Notes under the pieces: model-generated
Told to the model about the DNA's origin: nothing
Databases searched by the model: none
What the model saw: the letters and a program-made list of their open reading frames with translations, nothing else
NCBI GenBank assembly: GCA_020725385.1
Contig: DYFC01000031.1
Span: 1-56,353 of the forward strand
DNA from: Nitrospira japonica
GTDB taxonomy: Bacteria; Nitrospirota; Thermodesulfovibrionia; Thermodesulfovibrionales; SM23-35
Direction: 5' to 3'
DNA length: 56,353 nucleotides
Translations under genes and position numbers: made by a program
Shown: positions 20,720-31,628 of the stretch, piece after piece
How positions within the stretch are numbered: the first letter of the stretch is position 1
How the letters are laid out: each line of letters begins with the position of its first letter

Positions 20720-23700
20720 ATGCATCAACATTCAGATTATGTTCCCCTCCATCTGCATACTGAGTATAGCCTGCTTGATGGAGCAATCCGTATAAATGAG
20801 CTTATAGAACAGGCAATATTATATAAAATGCCTGCTGTTGCGATGACAGACCATGGTAATCTTTTTGGCGCCCTGGAATTTTATCGTCGCGCAACAAAAG
20901 CAGGCATAAAACCTATTATTGGCTGCGAGGTTTATATTGCTCCGGGCAGTCGTTTTGAGAAAAAACACGATAATGAGACGGATGAAGCATCTTTTCATCT
21001 AATACTTCTTGCAAAGGATAATAAAGGGTATAAAAATCTTGTTACCCTGGTAACAAGGGCATATACAGAAGGTTTTTATTATAAACCAAGAATAGATATA
21101 GACCTGCTAGAACAATATAGCGGTGGATTAATTGCACTTACTTCGTGTCTAAAAGGAGAAGTGCCTTTTTATTTGCAAAAAGGAATGCTTGATGTAGCAA
21201 GAGAGAGGGCACTTCGTTATAAGCATATTCTTGGTCCTGACAATTTTTATATAGAACTTCAGGACAATGGATTGCCGGAGCAGGAAGAAGTAAACAAAAA
21301 GCTTTTTGAACTTGCAAAAGAGTTGCACATTAAGATAGTCGCTACAAATGACTGCCATTACTTAAAAAGAGAAGACGCAAGGGCACATGAAGTGCTTTTA
21401 TGTATTCAGACCGGAACAACTATGTCCGATGCTAAAAGGATGAATTTTAGGTCAGATGGTTTTTATTTTAAATCTCCCCAGGAAATGAAAAGAGCTTTTA
21501 AAGATTTGCCAGAAGCATTATTAAATTCCCTTGCAATAGCCGAGATGTGTAATGTTGAATTCGAACTTGGTAGAAGTCTTTTGCCCTTATATGAACCTGA
21601 AAATGGCCAATCTCCTGATACGTTCCTTGATAAACTTGCATATGATGGATTGGTAAAAAGGATAGGTGCAAATCCAGATGAAATATATGTTGAAAGACTA
21701 AAAAGAGAACTCGAAATCATAAAAAAGATGGGATATTCATCTTATTTTCTAATAGTATGGGATTTTATAAGTTATGCAAAAAACAAGGGTATTCCGGTAG
21801 GGCCTGGAAGAGGCTCGGCAGCAGGAAGTCTCGTATCATATTGCATAGGAATAACAGATATAAATCCTGTTAAGTATAATTTGCTTTTTGAACGGTTTCT
21901 TAACCCCGAAAGAATAAGTATGCCTGATATTGATGTTGATTTCTGTAAAGACAGACGCGGAGAAGTAATTGATTATGTTTCAGCTAAATACGGTCAGGAC
22001 CATGTCGCTCAAATTATAACATTCGGAACAATGGCGGCAAAAGCAGCTATAAGGGATGTAGGCAGAGCTCTTGATTTTCCATATAATGAAGTAGATAAAA
22101 TTGCAAAACTTGTACCTAATGCTTTGAATATTACTATTCAGGAAGCTTTAAAAGTAGAACCTGAATTAAAAAAATTGTATACGGATAATCAGAAAATTAA
22201 AGAACTTATTGATATAGCGATGAGACTCGAGGGTCTTAGCAGACATGCATCTACACATGCAGCAGGTGTTGTTATTTCTCCTACTCCATTAACAGAATTT
22301 ACTCCACTTTATAAAAATCCCTCTGACGGTACGATAATGACTCAATTTGATATGAATTCTGTTGAAAAAATCGGATTGCTTAAATTTGATTTTCTTGGAT
22401 TAAAGACCCTGACAATAATTGAAAAGACCGTCAAATACATTAAAGAAAACGGTAAAGAATTTTCTTTGAGTGAAATATCTCTCGATGATAAAAAAACGTA
22501 TGAACTTCTTAGTTCAGGTAATACAACAGGAATATTTCAGCTTGAAAGCGCAGGTATGAGAGATGTTCTTGTTAAGATGACTCCTGACAGATTTGAAGAT
22601 CTTATAGCAATAGTTGCTTTATATCGGCCCGGACCTATTGGAAGTGGAATGATTGACGATTTCATTAAAAGAAAAAAGGGATTTGTACCTGTTAAATATG
22701 ACCTGCCTCAGCTAAAGGAGATTCTTGATGAATCATATGGAATTATTCTTTATCAGGAACAGGTAATGAGAATAGCGAATAAACTCGCAAACTTTACAAT
22801 GGGGCAAGCTGATATTTTAAGAAAAGCAATGGGTAAGAAAAAACCCGAAGAAATGGAGAAGCTCAAAGAAGTCTTTATACAGGGAGCTATTTCAAACGGA
22901 ATTCCTGAGAAAAAAGCAAAAAAGATTTTCGACCTTATGGAGTTTTTTGCAGAATATGGTTTTAATAAATCACACTCTGCTGCTTATGCTTATATAGCTT
23001 TTCAGACAGCTTATCTAAAAGCCCATTACCCTGTTGAATTTATGGCTGCAACATTAAGCGCTGACATGGACAATACTGATAAAATTGTAAAAACAATAAC
23101 AGGCTGCAGGGAAATGGGGATAGAAATATTACCTCCTGATATAAACCTCTCAGGTAAAGAATTTAAGGTTATAGGCAATTCTATAAGGTTCGGACTCGAA
23201 GCAGTAAAAGGCGCGGGTTCTGCTGCGATTGAATCTATTATTGAATCAAGAAAAAATGGAGGTCCATTTAAATCAATTGATGATTTTCTACAGAGGATTG
23301 ATCAGAGGAAAGTAAATAAAAAAGTTGTAGAGAGTTTAATTAAAGCCGGAGCATTTGATTCACTTAATATTACAAGGCTCGGTGCTATGGAGCTTGCAGG
23401 TAGCATAATTAATTGTTCTTCAAAAGGACAGGCGAGTTTGCTCGGACAACAAAGTTTTTTAAATGAGGATTTTTTAGAATTTCAATCTGAACTCAAAGAA
23501 TGGAGCAGGGAAGAAATACTAAGGAATGAAAAAGAATCATTAGGCTTTTATATATCAGGACATCCACTCGACAAATACGAAAAAGTACTTAAAAGAATAG
23601 GCGCGGTTAAATCATCTAATTTAGATGATTTAACCGATAATTCAGATATTATAGTAGCAGGAATATTAACAGGTATCCGTAAAATACAAACGAGAACAAA

Positions 23701-24136
23701 ATCAGAAATAATGGCTTATTGTACTCTTGAAGATCCGGATGGACACATAGAAGTAATAGTATTTCCCGACCTTTTCAGGAAGAAATTAAATATAATCAAA
23801 AAAGATGAACCTCTAATTGTAAAAGGTACTGTTGACAAAACTGAAAAGGGAATTAAAATAAAAGCTACAGAGATAAATAATCTGGATACATTGAATGAAG
23901 AATCAATACAGAAAGTTGAAATAAATTTGAAAGTTCCCTTTGAACATAAATCTGATATGCTTTCCCTTAAGTCAATTCTTGAATCAGATTCAAAAGGTAA
24001 GTATCCTATTTTTATTCGTTTATTTTATAAGAATACCGAAGTTCTAATAGAAACCGAGTTTAAGATATCTTGTGAAGAATCTATATTAAAAAGAATTGAA
24101 GAAATTACAGGAAAAGGAGAAGTAATATTTAAGTGA
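20720..24136 (+). CDS. dnaE: DNA polymerase III alpha subunit
   Basis: PHP domain ([12 protein letters not shown]), [27 protein letters not shown] fold. Confidence 0.97.
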   Translation: MHQHSDYVPLHLHTEYSLLDGAIRINELIEQAILYKMPAVAMTDHGNLFGALEFYRRATKAGIKPIIGCEVYIAPGSRFEKKHDNETDEASFHLILLAKDNKGYKNLVTLVTRAYTEGFYYKPRIDIDLLEQYSGGLIALTSCLKGEVPFYLQKGMLDVARERALRYKHILGPDNFYIELQDNGLPEQEEVNKKLFELAKELHIKIVATNDCHYLKREDARAHEVLLCIQTGTTMSDAKRMNFRSDGFYFKSPQEMKRAFKDLPEALLNSLAIAEMCNVEFELGRSLLPLYEPENGQSPDTFLDKLAYDGLVKRIGANPDEIYVERLKRELEIIKKMGYSSYFLIVWDFISYAKNKGIPVGPGRGSAAGSLVSYCIGITDINPVKYNLLFERFLNPERISMPDIDVDFCKDRRGEVIDYVSAKYGQDHVAQIITFGTMAAKAAIRDVGRALDFPYNEVDKIAKLVPNALNITIQEALKVEPELKKLYTDNQKIKELIDIAMRLEGLSRHASTHAAGVVISPTPLTEFTPLYKNPSDGTIMTQFDMNSVEKIGLLKFDFLGLKTLTIIEKTVKYIKENGKEFSLSEISLDDKKTYELLSSGNTTGIFQLESAGMRDVLVKMTPDRFEDLIAIVALYRPGPIGSGMIDDFIKRKKGFVPVKYDLPQLKEILDESYGIILYQEQVMRIANKLANFTMGQADILRKAMGKKKPEEMEKLKEVFIQGAISNGIPEKKAKKIFDLMEFFAEYGFNKSHSAAYAYIAFQTAYLKAHYPVEFMAATLSADMDNTDKIVKTITGCREMGIEILPPDINLSGKEFKVIGNSIRFGLEAVKGAGSAAIESIIESRKNGGPFKSIDDFLQRIDQRKVNKKVVESLIKAGAFDSLNITRLGAMELAGSIINCSSKGQASLLGQQSFLNEDFLEFQSELKEWSREEILRNEKESLGFYISGHPLDKYEKVLKRIGAVKSSNLDDLTDNSDIIVAGILTGIRKIQTRTKSEIMAYCTLEDPDGHIEVIVFPDLFRKKLNIIKKDEPLIVKGTVDKTEKGIKIKATEINNLDTLNEESIQKVEINLKVPFEHKSDMLSLKSILESDSKGKYPIFIRLFYKNTEVLIETEFKISCEESILKRIEEITGKGEVIFK

Positions 24137-25116
24137 TAAGATATTATCTTGAATTTGAAAAACCACTTGAAGAGCTTGAAACAAAAATCGATGAATTGAA
24201 GAGAATTTCAGACAGCAAAGACATAGATATATCCGAGGATATAAAAAAGCTTGAGAAAAAAGTTCAGAATATGAGATCTGAGATTTTTTCTTCTTTAACT
24301 CCCTGGCAAAAAACTCTTATAGCCAGACATCCTGACAGACCTTATACACTTGACTATATCAAAATGATGACCACAGATTTTATTGAAATACATGGTGATA
24401 GAAAATTTTTAGATGATCCTGCAATAGTCGCAGGAATCGCAAAAATTAATGAAATTCCTGTCGTAATTATTGGGCATCAAAAAGGTAGAGGGACAAAAGA
24501 AAGGATATACCGCAATTTTGGTCAACCGCATCCTGAAGGTTATAGAAAAGCTTTAAGAGTAATGCAACTCGCTGAAAAATTCAAAAAACCGGTAATTACT
24601 TTTATTGACACACCCGGTGCATATCCCGGTATAGGCGCTGAAGAAAGAGGTCAGGCAGAGGCAATAGCAATGAATCTTATGGAAATGTCGAGATTGAAAA
24701 CGCCGATCATTTCTATAGTTATTGGAGAAGGTGGCAGCGGTGGTGCTCTTGCTCTCGGAGTAGCCGACAGGCTTTTTATGCTCGAGCATTCATGCTATTC
24801 TGTAATTTCTCCGGAGGGTTGTGCTGCAATTTTATGGAAGAAAGAAAGTAATGAACTTAAAACAAGTGATTTTTCAAAGGCAGCAGAAGCATTAAGGCTG
24901 ACTTCGCAGGATTTGTTTGATTTTAAGATTATAGACGGTATAATTCCGGAACCATCAGGAGGAGCTCATAGAAACCCTGAGTCAATGGCAGAATCTATCT
25001 CCGGAGTAATTGTTACTTCTATTGAAGAACTGAGAGCTAAGTCGATAAACAAGCTTGTAGAAGAACGATATAAAAGATACAGGAAAATAGGCAGTTTTTT
25101 TGAGTCAAAGAAATAA
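24133..25116 (+). CDS. accA: Acetyl-CoA carboxylase carboxyltransferase alpha subunit
   Basis: [43 protein letters not shown] start overlaps the dnaE stop. Confidence 0.96.
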   Translation: MIRYYLEFEKPLEELETKIDELKRISDSKDIDISEDIKKLEKKVQNMRSEIFSSLTPWQKTLIARHPDRPYTLDYIKMMTTDFIEIHGDRKFLDDPAIVAGIAKINEIPVVIIGHQKGRGTKERIYRNFGQPHPEGYRKALRVMQLAEKFKKPVITFIDTPGAYPGIGAEERGQAEAIAMNLMEMSRLKTPIISIVIGEGGSGGALALGVADRLFMLEHSCYSVISPEGCAAILWKKESNELKTSDFSKAAEALRLTSQDLFDFKIIDGIIPEPSGGAHRNPESMAESISGVIVTSIEELRAKSINKLVEERYKRYRKIGSFFESKK

Positions 25117-25117
25117 A

Positions 25118-25306
25118 TTACTTTGTATTTATTACTGCAATAAAACCGTAACTACGAAGAAAAAATTTTAAGCATTCCTTGTCCCAGAACGTCATATATT
25201 TTTCACCTTGTGGATCAGGTTCTAAAATATTACCACTTGTGAGTTTTGCCGGTACTACATAAATACCATTTTTTTCTTTGACAGATATTTCTTTTTTCTG
25301 TCCCAT
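25118..25306 (-). CDS. Small hypothetical protein (62 aa)
   Basis: GGAGG SD before ATG 25306 (MGQKKEISV...). No motif recognised. Confidence 0.65.
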   Translation of the reverse strand: MGQKKEISVKEKNGIYVVPAKLTSGNILEPDPQGEKYMTFWDKECLKFFLRSYGFIAVINTK

Positions 25307-25326
25307 TTTATCCTCCAATAAATATT

Positions 25327-25345
25327 AAGCAAGAAAAATGCCCGA
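25327..25345 (-). promoter_or_regulatory. Putative sigma-54 promoter for the 62-aa ORF
   Basis: Minus strand TCGGGCATTTTTCTTGCTT = GG-N10-GC. Predicted start site lies just before the SD. Confidence 0.55.
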
Positions 25346-25538
25346 TAATTGAAAAACTGTATAATATAAAAAGTTAATGAAAACAATAAGTTATATGAAA
25401 TTAAAGTTAATCACTTATAAATTAAAGATGTAATTCTTTTCCAAATATGTTAAATTTAAGCATGATATTACAAGTATTACATAATAGTAAATGATATAAA
25501 AAATCTATCTCCAAAAAATGTTGTAAAAGGAGGTATGA

Positions 25539-25763
25539 ATGGGCATAGTTTTTATAGATACCACCGGATTGAAATGTCCACAACCAATTCTAAAAATAGC
25601 TGCTAAATCTCCTGATATGCAGCCGGGGGATATACTTGAGGTACTCGGAGATTGTCCTACATTTGAAAGAGATATTAAAGCATGGTGCAAACGTCTAAAA
25701 AAAACTTTAATATTTATCAGAGATGAAGGTTCCAATAGAAAGAGGTGCCAGATTAAGTTTTAA
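25539..25763 (+). CDS. tusA: Sulfur carrier, TusA/SirA family
   Basis: IDTTGLKCPQPILK (CPxP) motif, 74 aa, SD AGGAGG. Confidence 0.9.
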   Translation: MGIVFIDTTGLKCPQPILKIAAKSPDMQPGDILEVLGDCPTFERDIKAWCKRLKKTLIFIRDEGSNRKRCQIKF

Positions 25764-25972
25764 GTTTCTGTATCAAAATTCTCACCATGAGAAAGATTTG
25801 TCAGGAATTGAGAAATCAAAATTCATGTCAGGTTTATGTCTTTTTTATAAAAACTCATATCTTATTCATTAATTCTTAGGTTTTGATTTATAACCCCTTT
25901 AAAACAATTAGTTATGGTTGCATATGATTGAGCAAAAGTATTTTTTATAAGATTAGTCTATATATTGAAAAA

Positions 25973-25990
25973 TTGGCATTATAATTGCAA
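25973..25990 (+). promoter_or_regulatory. Sigma-54 (-24/-12) promoter
   Basis: TTGGCATTATAATTGCAA: GG at 25975-76, GC at 25987-88, exact 10-nt spacing. Confidence 0.75.
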
Positions 25991-26000
25991 AAATAATTTT

Positions 26001-26137
26001 AGAGGCATTTAAAGTGAGCTTGAAGCTGCCGCTTAGCGACCTTGAGCGGATTGATTGAAAATCAAGGCTGAAAGGGAAGGTCTTTCGTAAGAACTATCGT
26101 ACAGATAGTGGTAAAAGGGCTTCAAGCTCACTTTTTT
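26001..26137 (+). ncRNA. Candidate structured small RNA of unknown family
   Basis: Perfect 16-bp closing stem 26011-26026/26119-26134 enclosing four short hairpins, ending in a T-tract. Begins about 12 nt after the sigma-54 -12 box. Confidence 0.6.
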
Positions 26138-26213
26138 ATTTAAAATAAATATTGCTATGGATTTAAGTAGTAATGTTATTATCAAATATAAAACTATTAA
26201 ATAATGTTACGAC

Positions 26214-27995
26214 ATGGAAATGAAAATCTCTGATATCCCGACAAATCCCGGCATTTATATATTTAAAAATGATAAAGAACAGGTGCTTTATGTTGGTAAG
26301 GCAAAAAATCTCAGAAACAGAATCAAAAGCTATTTCAATAAGTCATCAATAGATTCGAGAAAATCCGCCCTTGTAAAAGAAACCAAAGATATAAGCTATA
26401 TTGTAACTGACAATGAGCTTGAAGCATTTGTTCTCGAAGCAAATTTGATAAAACAGCATAAACCAAAATTTAATATTATCCTTAGAGATGATAAGAACTA
26501 CCCTTACATAAAACTTACAATTAATGAAGAATGGCCCCGTCTTGAGGTTGTAAGGCGGTTTGTAAAAGATGGTGCATTATATTTTGGTCCTTATGTTCCT
26601 GCCGGGGCTATGTGGGATACTATTGATTTCATACGGAAGAACTTTCAAATAAGGGATTGCTCGGTTGAATTTAAAGATAATATGAAGCCATGTCTTCAAT
26701 ATCAGATTGGTAGATGTTCTGCGCCATGTGCAGGAATGATAACAAGGAATGAATATATGAAGACAATAAACAATGTTAAGCTATTTCTTAATGGAGAAAG
26801 AAAAAGCCTTATAGGAAATCTTAGAAAAAAAATGATCGAACTTTCCAAACAGATGAAGTTTGAGGAAGCAGCAATTATAAGGGATAAAATCAATTCAATT
26901 GAGAAAACATGGGAATCACAGAAAATAGTTTCACCTGGAATGGAAGATATTGATATTATCGGTATATATAGGGGTGAAAATGGGACAGCATTCAAAGTAT
27001 TATTTCTTAGAAAAGGTTTGATGATTGGTTCAAAAGATTATTTTATTAAAGACTCACAGAGTTTAAGCAATAAAGAATTAATTCAATCATTTATTATTCA
27101 GTTTTATTCAAAAGATATTCTTCCCGCAAAAGAAATAATTGTTGAAGTCCTGCCAGAAAACGTAAAATCAATCGAAAAATGGCTTAAATCTAAAAGTGGA
27201 GAGAATGTAAGAATTCTCATGCCTGATGCGGATAGAAAAAAAGAGCTCGTGAATATGGCATCGGAGAATGCGAAATATCTTTATAACTCAAAATCAGGCT
27301 ATAACGTTGAACAGACTTTGCAAGAGTTAATGAAAAGATTAAATATTGTAGAAGTGCCTCAATATATTGGTGCTTTTGATATATCAAATATTTCAGGAAA
27401 TGAAGCTGTTGGGTCTTTTATTGTATGGGCTAAAGGGGAATTTAGAAAAGAAATGTATAGAAGACTTAAGATAAAAACTGTCCATCAGGTTGATGATTAT
27501 GCCATGATGAGAGAAGTTTTAGGAAGAGTAATCAATAATCTTGAAGGTAATGTGCCTGATTTAATAATAATAGACGGCGGTAGAGGACATCTTGAGACAG
27601 CCTGTAGAGTTTTTGAAGAAAATCAGGATATTTTGAAGAAAAAACCCTTTATAATAAGTATAGCCAAAAAACCTGATAGAGTCTTCCTGCCCTTATCAGA
27701 TGTTGTAATTGATCTTGAAGACAGAAGTCCATCTTCATTACTCATGAAAAGTATAAGAGATGAAGCACACAGGTTTGCTATAAGTTATCATAGAAAGCTC
27801 AGAGGAGAGGAGATGTTGCGTTCTCCCCTTGAAAGTTTAAAAGGTATTGGCAAAAAAAGGAGACTTGAACTTTTGAGGAGTTTTGGTAGTATAAAAAGAA
27901 TAAGAGATGCAACTATTGAAGAGATAGCTCATTTAAAAGGGTTCAATAGAAAACTTGCTGAAGAAATTAAACAAAATATAGGGAGGACGGAATGA
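26214..27995 (+). CDS. uvrC: Excinuclease ABC subunit C
   Basis: GIY-YVGKAKNL, FDISN, DDYAMM, IIDGG, RDEAHRFA and a C-terminal HhH. Confidence 0.96.
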   Translation: MEMKISDIPTNPGIYIFKNDKEQVLYVGKAKNLRNRIKSYFNKSSIDSRKSALVKETKDISYIVTDNELEAFVLEANLIKQHKPKFNIILRDDKNYPYIKLTINEEWPRLEVVRRFVKDGALYFGPYVPAGAMWDTIDFIRKNFQIRDCSVEFKDNMKPCLQYQIGRCSAPCAGMITRNEYMKTINNVKLFLNGERKSLIGNLRKKMIELSKQMKFEEAAIIRDKINSIEKTWESQKIVSPGMEDIDIIGIYRGENGTAFKVLFLRKGLMIGSKDYFIKDSQSLSNKELIQSFIIQFYSKDILPAKEIIVEVLPENVKSIEKWLKSKSGENVRILMPDADRKKELVNMASENAKYLYNSKSGYNVEQTLQELMKRLNIVEVPQYIGAFDISNISGNEAVGSFIVWAKGEFRKEMYRRLKIKTVHQVDDYAMMREVLGRVINNLEGNVPDLIIIDGGRGHLETACRVFEENQDILKKKPFIISIAKKPDRVFLPLSDVVIDLEDRSPSSLLMKSIRDEAHRFAISYHRKLRGEEMLRSPLESLKGIGKKRRLELLRSFGSIKRIRDATIEEIAHLKGFNRKLAEEIKQNIGRTE

Positions 27996-28579
27996 AAAAA
28001 ATAGCATTTATAGTAATATTCATTTTTATTCCTGGTGTTATATTTGCGGATTATACTGTAATCATGAAAAACGGTACAGAAGTTACAGGTATAAAATCTT
28101 ATAGTGAAAAAGGTGATGAAATATATTTGTATCTTGATACAGGTTATATGATTTTTCCAAAAAAGGACATTGAGGGTATTGAGGGATCCGAGGCAATTGA
28201 ACCCGAAGAATCTGAAATTAAGGTAGATTCAGAAAAAGTAGAAGGTCAGAATACAAGAGTTCCACAAAAATCCCCTGTAATTCAGGAACCGTCGGAAAAA
28301 AAGACTAAAGAAGTTGAGAAAACAAGACAGGATGAACTTGCAAATGAATATAAAAGTATAATGTCTGAAATTAGAGCACTTGAAGGGAGAGAAAATAATC
28401 TCGTTAACCAGATAAATGAAAAATCCGGGAAGCGCTTCAGCTATAATAAGATTCAGCTTATTCAACTTGAAAAGGAAATAGAACCATTGAATAACGAACT
28501 AAAAGAAGTAAGGAAGAAGAAAGCAGAATTAGTAGAAAGAAAAAAGAATATAGAAAATGAATTGCAGGAGATAAAATGA
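27992..28579 (+). CDS. Exported hypothetical protein with C-terminal coiled coil
   Basis: Signal peptide, small beta domain, long E/K-rich heptad region. Start overlaps the uvrC stop. Confidence 0.7.
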   Translation: MKKIAFIVIFIFIPGVIFADYTVIMKNGTEVTGIKSYSEKGDEIYLYLDTGYMIFPKKDIEGIEGSEAIEPEESEIKVDSEKVEGQNTRVPQKSPVIQEPSEKKTKEVEKTRQDELANEYKSIMSEIRALEGRENNLVNQINEKSGKRFSYNKIQLIQLEKEIEPLNNELKEVRKKKAELVERKKNIENELQEIK

Positions 28580-29508
28580 GAATATTGGTTTCTGGTTCGC
28601 TTGCATATGATAGGATAATGGATTTCCCTGGAAGATTTTCTGATTATATCCTGCCGGATAAGATACATATGTTGAATGTTTGTTTTAATGTTAATGGCCT
28701 TGTTGAGAAATATGGTGGTACTGCGGGCAATATTGCCTATACACTCAAATTATTGGAAGAAACTCCTTTTATAATCGCTACAATTGGTAAGGATTATCAT
28801 AATTATTTCAACTGGCTGAGTAAAAATAATATTTCGTCTGATGGCATAAAAATTATTAAGGATGAATTTACTGCCGGAGCTTATATAACAACAGATATAG
28901 CCGACAATCAAATAACCGGGTTCAATCCCGGTGCGATGAAATATCGATCTGAATACAATATCAATAGTAACAATTCTAATAATCATTTAGCTATTATTGC
29001 TCCGGGAAACATAGAAGATATGATAGATTATGCAAAACAGTGTAGAAATAGCGGTATTCCTTTTATATGTGATCCGGGGCAATCACTTTCAAAGTGGGAT
29101 TCAGAAAGCATAAAAGAATGGCTGAATGGTTCGCAAATTCTTATAACAAACGATTATGAACTTGAAATAATAATAAAAATGACCGGGCTTGGTAAAATGG
29201 ATTTATTGAATTTAACATCAGTAATAATTACAACATATGGTGAAAAAGGTTCGCATATTATAACGAGAGACACTGAAATAGATATACCACCTGCAAAAGT
29301 TGAAAAAGTTATTGATCCAACAGGTGCAGGTGATGCATACAGGGCAGGATTAATTAAAGGAATTGTTTCGGGGAAAAATATTGAAACATCAGCTAAGATG
29401 GGAGCTGTAGCATCTATCTTTGCCATTGAAAAATATGGAACCCAGGAACATTTTTTTAATTATAAAGAGTTTATTGAACGATATAAATGTAATTTTGGTG
29501 AATTATAA
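28576..29508 (+). CDS. PfkB-family carbohydrate/nucleoside kinase (adenosine kinase-like)
   Basis: GSLAYD, GGTAGN, DPGQ, NDYE, DPTGAGDAY. Confidence 0.9.
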   Translation: MRILVSGSLAYDRIMDFPGRFSDYILPDKIHMLNVCFNVNGLVEKYGGTAGNIAYTLKLLEETPFIIATIGKDYHNYFNWLSKNNISSDGIKIIKDEFTAGAYITTDIADNQITGFNPGAMKYRSEYNINSNNSNNHLAIIAPGNIEDMIDYAKQCRNSGIPFICDPGQSLSKWDSESIKEWLNGSQILITNDYELEIIIKMTGLGKMDLLNLTSVIITTYGEKGSHIITRDTEIDIPPAKVEKVIDPTGAGDAYRAGLIKGIVSGKNIETSAKMGAVASIFAIEKYGTQEHFFNYKEFIERYKCNFGEL

Positions 29509-29546
29509 AAAATCTAATATATAACTTACGGGCTAATTAAACAAAC

Positions 29547-30674
29547 ATGATTAATGAAGCCTCCATAAAATCCTATCTAAAAGAAAATTTCAAAAGAGTA
29601 CATGATATTAAAATACATAAACTTGGCTCGGGAGTACAGGGTTCTGGCTTTCTAATTGAAATAGAATTGCCAGAAGGTCTGAAATCATATGTTATAAAAA
29701 CCCTTAATTCTGAAGGATTAGGACATGATTATCCTTCTGACAGAGCTTCAGTGTTTTTGCTTGACCTTGATGAATTCAAAAATCTTCCCAAACATGTCAA
29801 AGCCATTGATGTTCTTGCTGAAATGACTGATGGAAGCATTAAATCAATTGGAGGAGGAAAAGAATATTATCTATTGATGGAACGGGCTGAAGGAATTGAT
29901 TATTTTAATGATTTAAAAAAATTTTCGAAAAAGAAAGAACTGGATGAAATTGATATAAAAAAGATAAAGACCATGACAAGCTATCTTGCTAATATTCATT
30001 CTGAAAAAAAAGAATCAAAGACACTATACTGGAGAAAACTCAGGGATACTGTAGGACATGGAGAATGTTTAATGGGGGTATTTGATTCATATCCTGATGG
30101 AGTTTTAACCTATGATGAAATGTCCGATATTATAAAAAAATCTGTAGATTGGATAGCAAAGCTTAAGCCTAAATATAGAAGACTTGCATGCATACATGGA
30201 GATTTTCACCCCGGTAATATATGGTTCATTAATAAAAATACAACTTTGAATACCGGAGTGAAGGTGAGGGGGGGTAGTGTTACAACAAACTATACAAGCA
30301 CAAAAGAGCTTAAGAAAAATGTTGACTTTATTTTGCTTGATAGAAGCAGGGGCCCCTGGGGTGAACCTGCTGATGATGTGACAGCTTTGGCTATAAATTA
30401 TATATTTTTTTCAATAATGAATCACAATAAAATTAAAGGAGCTTATAATCAGGGATTACAGATGTTTTTTGATGAATATATTAGAGCATCGGGAGATGGG
30501 GAAATAACTTCGGTAGCAGCCTTGTTTTTTGCATTCAGGGGTGTTGTTGTTGCTAACCCTTTATTTTATCCCGAACTTTCATCAGAACAGAGAAGACTTA
30601 TATTCAATTTTGTGCATAATGTTCTTGATGACGAGGATTTTAACTATAAAAAGGCTCAAGAATATTTAAATTAA
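29547..30674 (+). CDS. APH/choline kinase-like phosphotransferase
   Basis: LGSGVQG loop, HGDFHPGN catalytic motif, LLD. Confidence 0.8.
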   Translation: MINEASIKSYLKENFKRVHDIKIHKLGSGVQGSGFLIEIELPEGLKSYVIKTLNSEGLGHDYPSDRASVFLLDLDEFKNLPKHVKAIDVLAEMTDGSIKSIGGGKEYYLLMERAEGIDYFNDLKKFSKKKELDEIDIKKIKTMTSYLANIHSEKKESKTLYWRKLRDTVGHGECLMGVFDSYPDGVLTYDEMSDIIKKSVDWIAKLKPKYRRLACIHGDFHPGNIWFINKNTTLNTGVKVRGGSVTTNYTSTKELKKNVDFILLDRSRGPWGEPADDVTALAINYIFFSIMNHNKIKGAYNQGLQMFFDEYIRASGDGEITSVAALFFAFRGVVVANPLFYPELSSEQRRLIFNFVHNVLDDEDFNYKKAQEYLN

Positions 30675-30690
30675 ATAACCTGTATTTTGT

Positions 30691-31227
30691 TTAAACATTC
30701 ATCTCAAATACTGTCGCGAAATGCTTGACCTTTTTCCTTAGAAATTCTTCGCTTTTACGCAAAGCTTCAATAGCCTGTTTTCTTTCAGTAATGTCTAAGA
30801 CAGAAGCAACTCTTTTTTTGCCATCAGAAAGTAAATCAATCATGATAAGAATGTCTTTAATTTTCCCGTCTTTATCATAAAACTGGGATTCGTAACTTTT
30901 TGGAGCAATATCGGGCTCAATACTGCGTAAGCGATGGTATTCTTTCATTCTTTCAATTTCATGTTCAGGAACGAACTCTGTCCATTTCTTTTTATTTTCA
31001 ATTTCTTGTTTTGAATATCCTGAAAGTTTTTCCGCTTCAGGATTAATCAGACGAATTGTCATATCTTCATCAATGATAATTGTAGGAATCGCCATTTTAT
31101 CAAAAATATCCCTATAAAATTTGTAAGAATTATTTGGATTTTTTTTAGTATGAGAGCTTTTTATCGGTTTACTTTTAATCTTATTTTCTATTTTTTTAGA
31201 TTTTTTGTTTTTAGCTGTTGTTCTCAT
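30691..31227 (-). CDS. Stand-alone PAS domain protein (possibly a truncated sensor)
   Basis: INPEAEKLSGYS, DITERKQA, then stop after the linker helix. Confidence 0.75.
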   Translation of the reverse strand: MRTTAKNKKSKKIENKIKSKPIKSSHTKKNPNNSYKFYRDIFDKMAIPTIIIDEDMTIRLINPEAEKLSGYSKQEIENKKKWTEFVPEHEIERMKEYHRLRSIEPDIAPKSYESQFYDKDGKIKDILIMIDLLSDGKKRVASVLDITERKQAIEALRKSEEFLRKKVKHFATVFEMNV

Positions 31228-31381
31228 AACGAAACTCCATTTATTAATTGCTAAATATTTCTGAATTAGTATAGAACAAAATCAAAAAAATTTAAATAAT
31301 GTAAAGTTAGAACTGTATAATAAAAAAATTTTTCTTGTTGACTTGATATAATTTAAAAAATAATGGAAGGAGGAAAATAAT

Positions 31382-31561
31382 ATGAAAATCGAACTCGAGG
31401 GTTCTTTATTAAAGATGATTCCTGAAAATGAAAGAGAGAAGGGGGAATTAAACCAGCTATGGAATATTATTATAGATTGTGTCGCTTATAATAAAAAGCT
31501 TGTGCCTGTTGGACAATATATACCCGGAATTAATGAAGTTGCAACTTTTAATATAGAGTAA
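31382..31561 (+). CDS. Small hypothetical protein (59 aa)
   Basis: Hand-translated, absent from ORF track: MKIELEGSLLKMIPENEREKGELNQLWNIIIDCVAYNKKLVPVGQYIPGINEVATFNIE. Strong SD AAGGAGG. Confidence 0.8.
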   Translation: MKIELEGSLLKMIPENEREKGELNQLWNIIIDCVAYNKKLVPVGQYIPGINEVATFNIE

Positions 31562-31628
31562 TTTATATTCTGGAAAGTGAGATTCAGTTATGATGTAAGT
31601 TGTTCGAATAATATTTTAAAGAGAGATA

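Noticed and set aside
20720-24136. Intein or split in dnaE
   Set aside because: Normal length and continuous motifs; no splice-junction signature seen.
26014-26058. 14-codon GTG ORF (VSLKLPLSDLERID) inside the candidate RNA
   Set aside because: Very short, weak SD, and the start is buried in the 16-bp stem. It cannot be supported, though dual function is not excluded.
26011-26134. Retron msr-msd, 6S, SRP or hammerhead identity for the structured element
   Set aside because: There is no reverse transcriptase in the window and no long msd hairpin. It is too short and branched for 6S, and lacks the SRP helix-8 and CUGANGA/GAAA cores.
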